Part shown: positions 15,459 to 26,300 of the stretch, one piece after another
Layout: each line of letters opens with the position of its first letter
Position numbering within the stretch: position 1 is the first letter of the stretch
Virus record (IMG/VR): IMGVR_UViG_3300036846_001134
Location: 2,379-66,378 of that record
Length of the DNA stretch: 64,000 bases
Reading direction: 5' to 3' (one strand)
Origin: a virus
Notes under the pieces: generated by a model
What the model was told of the DNA's origin: nothing
The model's database searches: none
What the model saw: the letters and a program-made list of their open reading frames with translations, nothing else
Program-made: the position numbers and the translations under genes

Positions 15459-16126
15459 TGCCGGACATCGAAGTCTTAAAGCGCCAGAAGCGCTGGCGCG
15501 AGCAGGAACGCGCACAAGAGCGAAAGCTCGCGCGGTTCCACCCGGTGACCGGCCGGCTCCTGCCCAAGGACAGCCGCAACCGCCTGATCTCTGACGACGC
15601 CCTGGCGCGCGAGCCCATTGGCAAGCACGGCGCGGAATTGTGGATTACCTACACGCCAGGGCGCGAGGAGTTTTTGCGCGTCCGCAGACTTTATCCCGAG
15701 CTTGATAGCACGTTGAAGTTCTGCGACCCTGACGCGCTCAATGGCTACGTCGCCTTCCCCAAGCGGCACGCGCCGCGCCTGCCCATGGACATCGGTAACA
15801 TCGTGCAGTACATTCCAGTTCACGGCGGCGTGAGTTATGCCCACAAGGACGCGACCGCAGCGGTATGGGGCTTCGACACCATGCATGCCGGCAGCGAGGA
15901 TGTGCCGCGCACCGACCGCGACTGGATGCGCCACCAGTGCCACATCCTGCACCATGGCCTGGAAATCGCCGCAGGGCTCTGGCCTGAGTTCCGCCGCGCG
16001 GGCCAGGCCCGGCGCATCGAGATGGCGCAGGGCCTGTTCGACATCGACCCGGCGGCGGAAGGCGGGCTCGACAAGCGGCTGGGCTTCCAGGCACTGGTTA
16101 ATTTGATGTGCGGGAGGATCGGATGA
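15458..16126 (+). CDS. Hypothetical phage protein
   Basis: NGYV...VHGGVSY...WGFDTMH motif. Confidence 0.7.
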   Translation: MPDIEVLKRQKRWREQERAQERKLARFHPVTGRLLPKDSRNRLISDDALAREPIGKHGAELWITYTPGREEFLRVRRLYPELDSTLKFCDPDALNGYVAFPKRHAPRLPMDIGNIVQYIPVHGGVSYAHKDATAAVWGFDTMHAGSEDVPRTDRDWMRHQCHILHHGLEIAAGLWPEFRRAGQARRIEMAQGLFDIDPAAEGGLDKRLGFQALVNLMCGRIG

Positions 16127-16713
16127 CCGTACCCGCGCGCATCGCCCGCTTACCGCGCGACAAACGCGGCTACCCGATCCCGTGGAACGTGCTGCGCGCC
16201 GACGATGGCACGCCGTTCTTCACGGTCAATGACGACCGCAAGGCATGGCGCGCGGTTCGCGAAGGCCTCTGCCCGGTCTGCGGCGAGCGCCTGGGGCACT
16301 GGTGCTGGCTCGTCGGCGGGCCGCGCAGCGCGTTCGATTCCCACGGCGCTTACATAGATCTGCCGCTGCATCGCGAGTGCGCCGAATTCGCCCTGGCGAC
16401 CTGCCCGTATCTCGCATTGCCGAAATACCTGGGCCGCATCGATGTGGCCAATCCAGAGAAGCTGCCGCCCGAGGCGCGCATCCTGCTGGATGAAACCATG
16501 ATCCCCGAGCGCCCCGAGCTGTTCGTCGCCGTTCTCAGCGAGAAGATCCAATTGCTGGACAACAGCCCGCTGGTCCCGCATTTCAGGCCGGTGCCGCCGT
16601 TCGTGGAGTGGACTTTCTGGCGGCACGGGCAGCAGATCCCGCAGCATCGCGCGATGCCGATCCTGCGCGGCATCTTCGGAGCGGACTGGGAGCTTCCCAG
16701 GAGGGCAGCGTAG
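16123..16713 (+). CDS. Conserved Cys/His phage protein
   Basis: RGYPIPW, LCPVCG, GGP, PLHRECAEFALATCPYL. Confidence 0.7.
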   Translation: MTVPARIARLPRDKRGYPIPWNVLRADDGTPFFTVNDDRKAWRAVREGLCPVCGERLGHWCWLVGGPRSAFDSHGAYIDLPLHRECAEFALATCPYLALPKYLGRIDVANPEKLPPEARILLDETMIPERPELFVAVLSEKIQLLDNSPLVPHFRPVPPFVEWTFWRHGQQIPQHRAMPILRGIFGADWELPRRAA

Positions 16714-16727
16714 GAGAGGCGGAAGGT

Positions 16728-18269
16728 TCAGTAGTACGCGCGCGGCGCGGGCGGCTCGTACTCTTCCTCGCTCTCGTCGCTCGCGATGCGGATCAGCCCG
16801 CCCTGGCGCAGCCGCGCGAGGCCGTGGACCGCCGCATCGTGCAGGTCGTCATACTGGCCGTTGGGAAACGAGGCCATCTCCTCCCGCACCTCTTCCACCC
16901 AGCGCCGCCCGAGCGGCGCCCAGATGGTCCCGGTGCTGAACAGGTCAGCCACGGCGTTGGTCCGGGTGATCTTGTCACTGCCCCGCACCGGCACGGTGTC
17001 GCTCACCGGGATACCCATGCGCCAGAGCTCCTGTTGCAGGGGCTTGCCGGTGGCCCGGCCCTCGACCAGCAGGCAGTCCGGCGCCCACTGCTCGTAGAGG
17101 CGGCGCGCCTGCTGCTTGAGCTCGGGGAAATTCATGCGGCCCGCCCAGGCGTCGAGCAGCATGATGCCGGTCATGATGCGCGGCGGGTCGCTGCGGTTCT
17201 TGTAGCGGAAGAGGCCCCAGGTAATGCAGGCGCTGCGGTTGGAATTCTGCTTGTCGCTGAAGGCCGTGTCCCAGGACTGCACGATGAACTCGCAGGCCGG
17301 CGGGTCGGGCTCGCGCCAGTCCATCCACCACTCGCGCTTGATGATGGCGCCCTCTTCCGAGGTAGGCGACTGCTGGTATTGCGCCATCCAGCGGCCGATG
17401 GGCAAGGTCGCCTTGGTGCGCAAGAGCTCTTCAATCGGCCAGTACTCGGGCCACAGCGGCTCGCCGCTTGGCAGGATGGCCGGCAGCTCGATCACCTCCC
17501 ACTGCTCGCCCGAGTCCTCCTCGATGGCCTGTTGCAGCAGCATGCCGGTGAGGTCGCGCACGCCCCACCGGGTCATCACGATCAGGATGGCGGCGCCGGG
17601 TTGCAGGCGCTGGCGGGGGCCGGCCAGGTACCACTCCCACACCTTGGTGAAATTCTGGTCGGCGTTCTTGAGCACGTCCTGCTCGCTGTGGGGGTCGTCC
17701 AGGATTACCAGGTCGCCTCCGCGCCCGGCCGCGCCGCCGGTGGTGCCGATGGCGAAGAACTCCCCGCCCTGCTGGGTGCTCCAGCGGTGGGTCGCCTTAC
17801 TGTCCTTCGATAGCGTGATGCCGGGGAAGATCTCCTGGTACTCGGGCGACATGATCAGATTGCGCATCTTGCGGCCGAAGCCGCTCGACAACTCGACCTT
17901 GTGACTGCCCTCCAGAATCTTGGTCCTGGGGTGGCGGCCCAGGTACCAGGTGGGCAGCAGGAACGATGTGAACTCGCTCTTGGTGTGGCGCGGCGCCATG
18001 TTGATGATGCAACGCTTGAGCTCTCCCCGGTCAATCCGTTCAAAAGTCTCGGCCATCACCTGGTGGTGGCGCCCGCTGATGAAGTCCGGCCAGACGCGCT
18101 TGACGAACGCAAGGAAGCTCGTGCGCGCGCTCTCCACGTCCGTGCCCGTGCCGCCGAACAGCTTGGCCATGTAGCCGCGCATGGCCCGCTGTTTCTCGGG
18201 CGGCAGATCGGGGAAATAGCGCTCCAGAAATTCGATCTCCTGCGCGGGCGTGGGCTTGGTGACGGGCAT
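16728..18269 (-). CDS. terL: Terminase large subunit
   Basis: Walker A INMAPRHTKS, Walker B LVILDDP, IVMTRW, QSWDTAF, FPNGQYDDLHDA nuclease motif. Confidence 0.95.
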   Translation of the reverse strand: MPVTKPTPAQEIEFLERYFPDLPPEKQRAMRGYMAKLFGGTGTDVESARTSFLAFVKRVWPDFISGRHHQVMAETFERIDRGELKRCIINMAPRHTKSEFTSFLLPTWYLGRHPRTKILEGSHKVELSSGFGRKMRNLIMSPEYQEIFPGITLSKDSKATHRWSTQQGGEFFAIGTTGGAAGRGGDLVILDDPHSEQDVLKNADQNFTKVWEWYLAGPRQRLQPGAAILIVMTRWGVRDLTGMLLQQAIEEDSGEQWEVIELPAILPSGEPLWPEYWPIEELLRTKATLPIGRWMAQYQQSPTSEEGAIIKREWWMDWREPDPPACEFIVQSWDTAFSDKQNSNRSACITWGLFRYKNRSDPPRIMTGIMLLDAWAGRMNFPELKQQARRLYEQWAPDCLLVEGRATGKPLQQELWRMGIPVSDTVPVRGSDKITRTNAVADLFSTGTIWAPLGRRWVEEVREEMASFPNGQYDDLHDAAVHGLARLRQGGLIRIASDESEEEYEPPAPRAYY

Positions 18270-18433
18270 CCTTAACCAGCTCTAGCACATGCGCGGCGCG
18301 CGGTTGAATTTCACACTTCAAGTAATACTTGCAATTCGAGCGTGGTAGAATGGTTTCGGGTGAGGTGTGAGCCACCCCGGCGGCCGCCGTTTCTCTCGTC
18401 ATGGGGTGTGGCGGCGGTCGCCCTAAAAACCAA

Positions 18434-18670
18434 ATGCTGACAGACGAAGACAAGCAGTGGATCACCGACCAGCTGGAGCGCAGGGAGCACGCGCTGACCG
18501 AGCGCATGCGCGACATGCAGACCGAGCTGCTCAAGGCCTTCCTGCCCTTCCGCGAACAGGTTTCCCTGCGCGAGCAGGCGCTTGAAGCGCGCCAGCACAC
18601 GCTCGATGCCCGCCAAGGGGTGCTCGAACACCGCCTGGGCGAGATCGAGAAGAAGCTGTTACTCCCTTAA
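18434..18670 (+). CDS. Small coiled-coil protein
   Basis: MLTDEDKQWI...LLKAF...RLGEIEKKL. Confidence 0.6.
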   Translation: MLTDEDKQWITDQLERREHALTERMRDMQTELLKAFLPFREQVSLREQALEARQHTLDARQGVLEHRLGEIEKKLLLP

Positions 18671-18694
18671 AAAATCGGCGGTAATCTGGTAGGC

Positions 18695-19210
18695 GTGAAA
18701 GAGGTTGCACTCTCACGCCGCGACCAGTGGGAAGTCCACTTCGACTGGCCCCAGATCGTCAAAGCGCTTACCCGCTGGCAAAGCAACGGCAAGGGCAGGC
18801 ACGGCAGCGGTCCCGGCCTTAAGCTGGCCCAATTGCGTGCCCGATGTCTTGCGGGAACCTACGACCTCTGGGTCGCCCCCCATCCTGACTTCCCCGCGCG
18901 CCTCGGGAGTGTTATCGTTACAACAATCGTGGCAATCCCTAAGATTAGGGCTGCGCGGGCGGAAATTAAAGCCTTGCAGGTGGAACTCTTAGCCTGCCGC
19001 GATATCGGGTCGTGGCTCAAGAGCGCGGCCTGCACTCTCAGCGCGTTTGCACTGGCGAACGGCTGCACGCATTTGATCCTGGTTGGCCGGGCGTGGCGAT
19101 ACGAATACGAACGCCTCTTTGGCCTTCCAATCATCTGGGAGGAAAAGCAGCTTGCCCACTACAACCACCACCAGTTCCAGCAACGCCACCACACAGAACA
19201 TCCCAAGTAA
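18695..19210 (+). CDS. Putative GNAT-like protein preceding ejection genes
   Basis: FALANGCTHLILVGR motif and position. Confidence 0.45.
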   Translation: MKEVALSRRDQWEVHFDWPQIVKALTRWQSNGKGRHGSGPGLKLAQLRARCLAGTYDLWVAPHPDFPARLGSVIVTTIVAIPKIRAARAEIKALQVELLACRDIGSWLKSAACTLSAFALANGCTHLILVGRAWRYEYERLFGLPIIWEEKQLAHYNHHQFQQRHHTEHPK

Positions 19211-21203
19211 TCTTCAGCAGGACCTGTGGGGCGGGATCGTCGGCGCGGGCACCGGGCTGATCTGGCCGAACGGCAACTTCCTCCAGACCCCGGAATATCC
19301 CGGCGGCGGCGCGGGACTGACCGCGCCCATGTCGCCCGCCATGCTGGCCTACCTGAAGCAGGCGGGCGGCCTGCCGGGCATGAATCCCGACTACTCGGGC
19401 GTGATGGGCAACGCCAACGTGATGGCGCAGCAGGCGAGCGCGGGGATCGCCAACCCCAACGACATCAACTTCAACGGGGGCTATCAAAACCAGCAGTTCA
19501 ACGTTAACCCGTTCTCCATGACCGACCCCTTCGCCGGGTACAACGGCGGCGGGCCGGGGATGCAGGTGCAGCCTGGCCAGGGCGTGGGCGGGACGGCGGC
19601 CGACTACCAGACCAAGGTGGACCAGGTGCAGGCCCCGCAGGGCGTGGGCTACGACCGCATCAGCGGCCTGCCGCAGATCTCCGGGCCGAACCTCCAGCAG
19701 TACCAGATGGGACCGGCGCAGCAGGTGCAGGCGCCGGGCGGCCTGTCGAGCTACCAGATCGCGGCCGCGCCCATGGCGGTGCAGACCGGCACGGTGGGCA
19801 CCCAGTCGTGGACCCAGCCGGGCACGGCGCAGCAGTACATGAGCCCCTACACCCAGCAGGTGCTCGACGCCCAGAAAGCCAACGTCAACGCCGACTACGC
19901 GGCGCAGCAGGTCCAGTCTCACGCCCAGGCGGCCCAGGCCGGCGCCTTTGGCGGCTCCAGGCAAGCGGTACAGGACGCCGAGAACCAGCGCAATCAAAAC
20001 CTCCAGTTGCAAAACATCGAGGCGCAGGGGCTCCAGGGGGCCTACCAGCAGGGCGCGCAGCAGTTCAATACCGAGCAGGGCCTGGGGATGCAGAGCCAGC
20101 AGTTCAACGTGCAGACCGGCATGCAGGCGGGCCTGGCCAACCAGCAGGCGCAGATGCAGACCGCGCTCGCTAACCAGCAGGCGGCGCTCGCCGCGCAGGG
20201 CCTGGGCACCAACACCAACATGCAGGCCCAGCTGGCCAACCAGCAGGCGGGCCTGACGGTCGGCGGCCAGAACCTCCAGAGCTACCTCCAGACCCAGGGC
20301 CTGGGCGCCAACCTGGGCCAGCAGGCGCAGATCGCCAACCAGCAGATGGCGTACAATCAGCAGCTGGCCAACCAGCAGGCGGGGATCAACACCGGCGAGT
20401 TCAACAACCAGCAGCAGATGCAGGCCTCGCTCGCCAACCAGGGAGCCAACCTCCAAGCCGGGCTGAACGCCACCAACCTGGGCGCGCAGGGCGCGCAGTT
20501 CAATGCCTCTCAGCAGATGCAGGCGCAGCTCGCCAACCAGCAGGCTCAGCAGGCCCAGTACCAGCGGCAGTACGGCGCCATGACCACGCAGTACGGCGGC
20601 AACCTCCAGGCGGGCTTGCAGACCCAGAACCTGGGCATGACCGCGCAGCAACTGGCCATGCAGTCGGCGCAGTACGGCGCGGGCCTCAACCTGCAATCGC
20701 AGGTCGCCCAGCAGCAGGCGCGCAACGCCCAGCAGGGCATGAACCTGGGCTACCTGAACTTCGAGGGCACCCAGAACCAGAACATCGGCAACTGGCAGAC
20801 CCAGGGCTTCAACAACCAGATGGCGACCACCGGGGCCATGGGCCAGGCGGCGGGGATGCAGCAGGGCTACGACCAGAGCGCGGCCGACAGGGCCTACCAA
20901 TACTGGCAGTATCAGCAGAACTACCCCTTCCAGAGCGTGGACTGGCTGGCTAACCTCGCGACCAAGCTGCCGGCGCAGGGTTCGACCACCACCGCGCAGC
21001 AGGGTGTCAACTACCAGAACACCCCCAACCCGTCGATCTGGAACACCCTCATCGGCGGCCTGGCGACGGTGGCGGGCGGGGCCGCCAAGGGGTTTGCCTC
21101 CGGCCGGAAGGGCGGCCTGGCGGCCATCGATACCGCCAAGGCCCCGCGCCTGCGCCGCCCCAACTACACCGCCGGCCTGACGGCCTACCGCAAGGCCGCG
21201 TAG
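19152..21203 (+). CDS. Q/G/N-rich internal virion (ejection/pilot) protein
   Basis: Probable TTG start after GGAGG; YMSPYTQQV, GAFGGSRQ, many LANQQA repeats. Confidence 0.75.
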   Translation: MPTTTTTSSSNATTQNIPSNLQQDLWGGIVGAGTGLIWPNGNFLQTPEYPGGGAGLTAPMSPAMLAYLKQAGGLPGMNPDYSGVMGNANVMAQQASAGIANPNDINFNGGYQNQQFNVNPFSMTDPFAGYNGGGPGMQVQPGQGVGGTAADYQTKVDQVQAPQGVGYDRISGLPQISGPNLQQYQMGPAQQVQAPGGLSSYQIAAAPMAVQTGTVGTQSWTQPGTAQQYMSPYTQQVLDAQKANVNADYAAQQVQSHAQAAQAGAFGGSRQAVQDAENQRNQNLQLQNIEAQGLQGAYQQGAQQFNTEQGLGMQSQQFNVQTGMQAGLANQQAQMQTALANQQAALAAQGLGTNTNMQAQLANQQAGLTVGGQNLQSYLQTQGLGANLGQQAQIANQQMAYNQQLANQQAGINTGEFNNQQQMQASLANQGANLQAGLNATNLGAQGAQFNASQQMQAQLANQQAQQAQYQRQYGAMTTQYGGNLQAGLQTQNLGMTAQQLAMQSAQYGAGLNLQSQVAQQQARNAQQGMNLGYLNFEGTQNQNIGNWQTQGFNNQMATTGAMGQAAGMQQGYDQSAADRAYQYWQYQQNYPFQSVDWLANLATKLPAQGSTTTAQQGVNYQNTPNPSIWNTLIGGLATVAGGAAKGFASGRKGGLAAIDTAKAPRLRRPNYTAGLTAYRKAA

Positions 21204-21212
21204 GAGCAAAGC

Positions 21213-23327
21213 ATGCCCGATCTGATTCAGGTCGCCGACGATCTCAAGAACATGCCCGACCAGTGGCTGGGCATGCAGGCCCAGAACCCGACCGGCGTGG
21301 TCCCGCCCTACCTGGTGGTGGCCGAGATCCAGCGCCGCCAGAAGCTGCGTAGTGGGGCCAGCAAGGCCCAGGCCCCGCAGTCGTCGGTCAGTCAGGACCT
21401 GATCCGCTCGCTCCAGGCGCGCATGCCGCCCGCGCAGGGATTGCCGCCGGGCTCTGTGCCGCCCGAGGCGGTCCCGCCCGGCATGCCGCCGCCCAACCTC
21501 TCGGGCAGCCCCGGTTCTCTCGGCCCCTCGGCCCCCGGCACCCCGCCGGCCAGCATGCGGATGCCGGGACGGATGGCTGCCGGCGGTTCGGTAGACGACG
21601 ATAATAATCAGGACGACTACACGTCGAGCGACCCCGGTGGTGACAGCAGTCAGGATGATCCCAACGCGATCTATAACCTGGCCCTGCAACGCAACCCCTC
21701 GCGCGACCAGATGCTGGCCCAGCTGTACTCGGTCAACAACATCCCCGCCATCCGGCGCAGCGACCCGCGCTTTCAGCCGATGGACCCCTGGGCTCCGGGG
21801 GCGGCCGGCAAGGACGTGTACGGCCGTAGCGTCGCCCTGCCCGCGCAGCCGCAGCCGCCCGACGTTTCCTCCCTGCTGGCCGAGCAGGAGCGCGCCGAGG
21901 AGGCGGCCAACCAGAAACCCGAGGACATGACCTCGGACGAGAATGTGGCGAAAGCCCGCAACCTGGCCGAGCAGGTTTCGGGCGGCGAGCCGGACACGGG
22001 TGCGTTCCAGAAGGAGGCCGACTACCTGCATAGCGAGGCGCTCAAGGCCAAGCCCACCTGGCAGAACGCGCTGATGGAGTGGGGCATGCGCCTGATGTCG
22101 AGCAAGGAGCACAATTTTGGCGTGGCCGCCGGACAGGCCGGCGTGGGCACGCTCACCTGGGCCGACCAGCAAAGGCAGCAGGCGCGGCAACTGGAGCTCG
22201 CGCGGCTCAAGACCCAGGCCGCCATGGTGGACAAGCTCGCCAACTACAAGGAGAAGGTGGGCGCGGAAACCGTCTCCATCATGAACACCCGGCAGCGCCA
22301 GCAGGAAGCGGGCCAGAACGCCAACCTGCAACACCTTTACAAAGTCTACGGCTCGGTGGACAAGCAGGCGCAGGACTGGGAGAAGCGGCAGGACGCGGCC
22401 AACAAGGCGCTCAACGCCGAGCTGGTGAAGTCGCAGGACAGGCACATGACGTTCGATATCGCGCTCGCCGGCAAGAACAACCCGGACGCAGCCATCAGCG
22501 GGCCGAGCCAGCGTTTCCTGGACGATAAGGCGCATTGGGACGAGGCGGCGGCCAACGCCAAAGAGGAGGACCGGGCCGCCATTCGGAAGGAGCAGTTCGA
22601 CTACGAGGAAGAGGTAAAGCAGCGCAACCGGATCACCACCAAGCAGACGCCGGGCGCGAGCGCCACCGGCAGCGGCAAGGAGCGGGCCTGGACCGACGCC
22701 GACCGGCGCACCGCCGGGCTCTCCATGATCACCGACGAGCTGGGTAAGTTCACCAAAATCGGCGGCACCTACTACAACCAGGACGGATACCCGGTGAAGG
22801 ACGCGGCTGGCAACGATGTCAAGGCCCCGCAGCAGCTCTACCAGATCGCCAAGGAGATCGCCGCCGGCCACGTGATGGACCCGAACCTCTACGCCGACCA
22901 TCCGCACTTCGGCGATGCCAATCCCAACGGCGCCGCCGAGCGGGAGCGCGTGCATAACCGCATCCGCGCCGCCATCGCCCCCAAGGACCTGAGCAACGTG
23001 CTGGTGGGGCGCCACTTCCATCCCACGCCCGAGGGCATCACCAGGGTCCCGGCGCTCAAGGACGCCGAGGCCAAGGAGCCGCCGCAGCAGCAAGTGCAGC
23101 CGCAGCAGCCCAAGCCGGCAGCAGCGCCGCAGCACCCCACGGCGCAGGGCCAGCAGGCGCCCGCCGGATGGGCCGCGCCAGGCACCCCCGGCGTGCCTCT
23201 GGTGCCGTACCAGATGGCCGCCAGGGAACCCGGCTCCAAACCCATACGCATCAAGAGCACGGGCGACATCTGGTGGAAGGACCCCAACGGCAATATCTTG
23301 TACCGGAAAGAAAATGCCGTTCAATGA
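21213..23327 (+). CDS. Internal virion (ejection) protein
   Basis: 704 aa, helical and Pro-rich, lying between ejection genes. Confidence 0.65.
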   Translation: MPDLIQVADDLKNMPDQWLGMQAQNPTGVVPPYLVVAEIQRRQKLRSGASKAQAPQSSVSQDLIRSLQARMPPAQGLPPGSVPPEAVPPGMPPPNLSGSPGSLGPSAPGTPPASMRMPGRMAAGGSVDDDNNQDDYTSSDPGGDSSQDDPNAIYNLALQRNPSRDQMLAQLYSVNNIPAIRRSDPRFQPMDPWAPGAAGKDVYGRSVALPAQPQPPDVSSLLAEQERAEEAANQKPEDMTSDENVAKARNLAEQVSGGEPDTGAFQKEADYLHSEALKAKPTWQNALMEWGMRLMSSKEHNFGVAAGQAGVGTLTWADQQRQQARQLELARLKTQAAMVDKLANYKEKVGAETVSIMNTRQRQQEAGQNANLQHLYKVYGSVDKQAQDWEKRQDAANKALNAELVKSQDRHMTFDIALAGKNNPDAAISGPSQRFLDDKAHWDEAAANAKEEDRAAIRKEQFDYEEEVKQRNRITTKQTPGASATGSGKERAWTDADRRTAGLSMITDELGKFTKIGGTYYNQDGYPVKDAAGNDVKAPQQLYQIAKEIAAGHVMDPNLYADHPHFGDANPNGAAERERVHNRIRAAIAPKDLSNVLVGRHFHPTPEGITRVPALKDAEAKEPPQQQVQPQQPKPAAAPQHPTAQGQQAPAGWAAPGTPGVPLVPYQMAAREPGSKPIRIKSTGDIWWKDPNGNILYRKENAVQ

Positions 23328-26300
23328 TTATTCCGACCCCGAGCCAGACATCCCGGCGCTGCTCGACCAGGCCGCCGAGAAGTACGGTTTAGACCCGGCC
23401 CTGGTCCACACTGTCGCCGGGATCGAGAGCAACTACAACCCGAATGCGATCTCGCCCAAGGGCGCCAGAGGCGTGATGCAGGTGATGCCCGCCACCGCCA
23501 AGAGCTACGGCGTGACCGACCCCAAGAGTGTGGCGCAGAACATCGACGCGGGCGCCCGCTACCTGCGCGATCTGAACCAGAAGTACGGCGGCGACCCGGC
23601 GTCCATCCTGGGAGCCTACAATGCGGGCGAACCTCGCTTCGACGCCTGGAAGGGCCACGTCCCCTACAAGGAAACCCGCGAGTACGTGGCCAAGGGAATG
23701 AAGCGCCTGCGTGAGCTGGGACCCAAGGACGACGACATCGAAGAAGTCAACGACGCCCCTCGGTACGACACCTCGATCAAGGATAGCGACCTGGAGGAGT
23801 TGCCGATGGCCGCGCCCCAAAAGCCCCAGGCGGCGGCGCCATCGGGGAAGGTCGGCCCGCCTTCGCCCGAGGGGGTGTACCAGATCCCGGCTGGCTTCGG
23901 CGAGAAGCTGCGCGGCTTCAACTACTTCGGCCCCGGCGACGCCACCCAGCTGAGCACGGAAGAGGAGAAGAAGCACCAGCGGTGGGCGCAGAACCAGCCG
24001 CAGCCCGCCGCCCCCGCGCCGGTACGCGGCATGGAGCAATTGGGTCCGCTGCCAGGGGCGCCCCAGACCCCGGCCCTGCCCCTGCCTATCGAGCAGCGAA
24101 TCCAGCAGACCACCCCCGGCAACGTCCCCGAGGTGGGGTCGTTCCTGCATAAGCTGGTAAACACCAAGGACATCCCGCAGGCCATCCTCGACACCACGAC
24201 CGGCGCTGCGGGCCAGTTCGCGCAGGGGGTGGAGAACTTCGCGACCGTTCCCAACAAGGCCGCCATCGCGCGCGCCCTGACCAAGGTGGTGATCAACCCG
24301 CGCGACCCGAGCGCCTACACCGAGCTCGGCGCGCAGGAGCCGGGTCTGCGCCAGACCGCCGAGGCCGGGCACCAGGCGGTATCCGGCGCCTTCGGCATAG
24401 CCGCGCCCTTCATGCTGGGGGCGGGGGCCGCCGCGCCGGTCACCACCGCCGTCACCCTGGGCGCCGGCATCGAGAGCCAGCAGCTGGTGGAGGATGGCCT
24501 GGTGCGCCTGGGCCTGCCCAAGGAATACGCGGCCGTGGCCGGCGACCTGACCGCGCTGATTGTGGGCCACTACTCGATGGAAGGCATGGCGGCGCTGCGC
24601 GCCAAGATCGCGCCCATCCTGCAAGCCCGCATGCAAACCGGGACCCCGCCGCCGGCCGAGGCTCCCATCGAGGGCCGGGTACGCGCCACCACCGCCGATG
24701 GCACGGTGGTCGAGGGCGAGCATGCGCCTCACCTGGCGCAGTTCTCCGGTCAGCATGTGGGACCGGATGAAACCGCCATCCTAACCGGCGAGGGCGACGA
24801 CACCAATATCGTCATCGTGCCAAAGAAGAGCGTTACACCTGTCGAAGAGACCCCCGCCGCAACGTCGGAAGCCCCCGCTGCAACAACTCCGCCCCAAACT
24901 GCAACACCGGAAGCCCCGTCTGCAACGGCCTTGCCCACAACTGCAACAACTCCGCCCGAAACTGCAACAACCGGGACCAATCTTGCAGCCCAGCTCGAAG
25001 CCATGCGGGCCGAGAACGAGCGGCTCAAGGCGCAGCAGCAGGAGGCGGCGCCCCCGGAGCCAGAGGCGCCCAAGCTGCCCAAGGAATTGAGCGGCGCCAG
25101 GCCGAAGTTCGGCTACGGGCCGGACAACTACACGCTCAAGTTCGACAGCGACCTCGACAAGGCGGCCTACATCACCGCGCAGAAGGTGCTGAACAAGCGG
25201 CATGGCGACTATCTCAAATTTGTGATGGACAACACGGGCCTCGACGAGGCCGGCGCCATTCAGCACGGCAACCGGGTTAAGGAGACGATTAAGTACCTGA
25301 TCGAGCACGGTGGGGGCGACGAGAACGGGGTGATCCAGGTGCCGGACCTGACCCAGTTCTCGGAGGTCTCGCTGGGCGAGGAGGCCGCACCTGCCGCACC
25401 TGCCGCGCCTGCTACCGAAACGGTTCGCCTATACCGTGGGCAGCCGGCTGGGGAATTCCCGCCGGCCAATGACCGCTCGGACGCGGGGAGATGGTTCACT
25501 CCAGACAGAGACCAGACCCTTTTTTACGGAGGCGACACTCACCATGTTGACATCCCGCGCGCCCAATACGAGCAGCTGCTGAGTGACGAAGCTGAACACT
25601 CGCGTACCGCGCCGGGGTCCAACCCGCTCCGGGGCGCGGGCGGCGTCTTGCTGCCTCCCGAGGACGCAAACCGGGCCGTCCTGAGCCCCGAGGCGCCAGC
25701 ACTCCCCGAAACAGGACAAGCCACCGCGCCCCCCGGCGTCAACGTGGGGGACCTGCCGCCCGCCGCGCCGCCCGAGCCGTCCGCCGCCGGCTCTACCTAC
25801 ATGGGCAGCCTGTTCGGCGCCTTGCAGCCGGTGTTCGACAAGGTGACGGCGCAGCTCAAGGAGGCCAAGGACCTCTGGAACGAACGCCAGCAGAGCCTGG
25901 CGGCGATAGCGCGGGCCACCACCCCGCCCATGCTGAAAGAGGTCGGCAAGCTGCTCTTGCAGGACTACACCGGCGAGCGCGACTCCTGGGTGGCCTCGGT
26001 CAACCAGGTGATCAGTGAGTTGCGCAAGACCGTGCCCAACAAGCTCGACCAGGAAGCCATCTCGCTGATGCGCGACTTCCGCAACAACCCGCAGGAGCTG
26101 ACCGCCTGGCGCAACGGGGTCCACCCGGCGATCTCGCAGGACCCCGTGGTCCGCGCCAAGACGCTCAAGTTCCTGAACAACCTCAAGCCGGTGATCGACC
26201 GCGCGCTCAACCCCACGCCCGCCATGCAGCAGGCCGACGTGGCGCTTACCGCCATCGCCGCCCAGTCGCTCGCCGAGGGCCGGGCGCGCGGCTTCCTCGA

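Noticed and set aside
19131-23324. 1397-aa minus-strand ORF (also 29723-31507, 25429-27267, 49811-51544)
   Set aside because: Antisense shadows of high-GC3 genes; the opposite strand carries recognisable proteins
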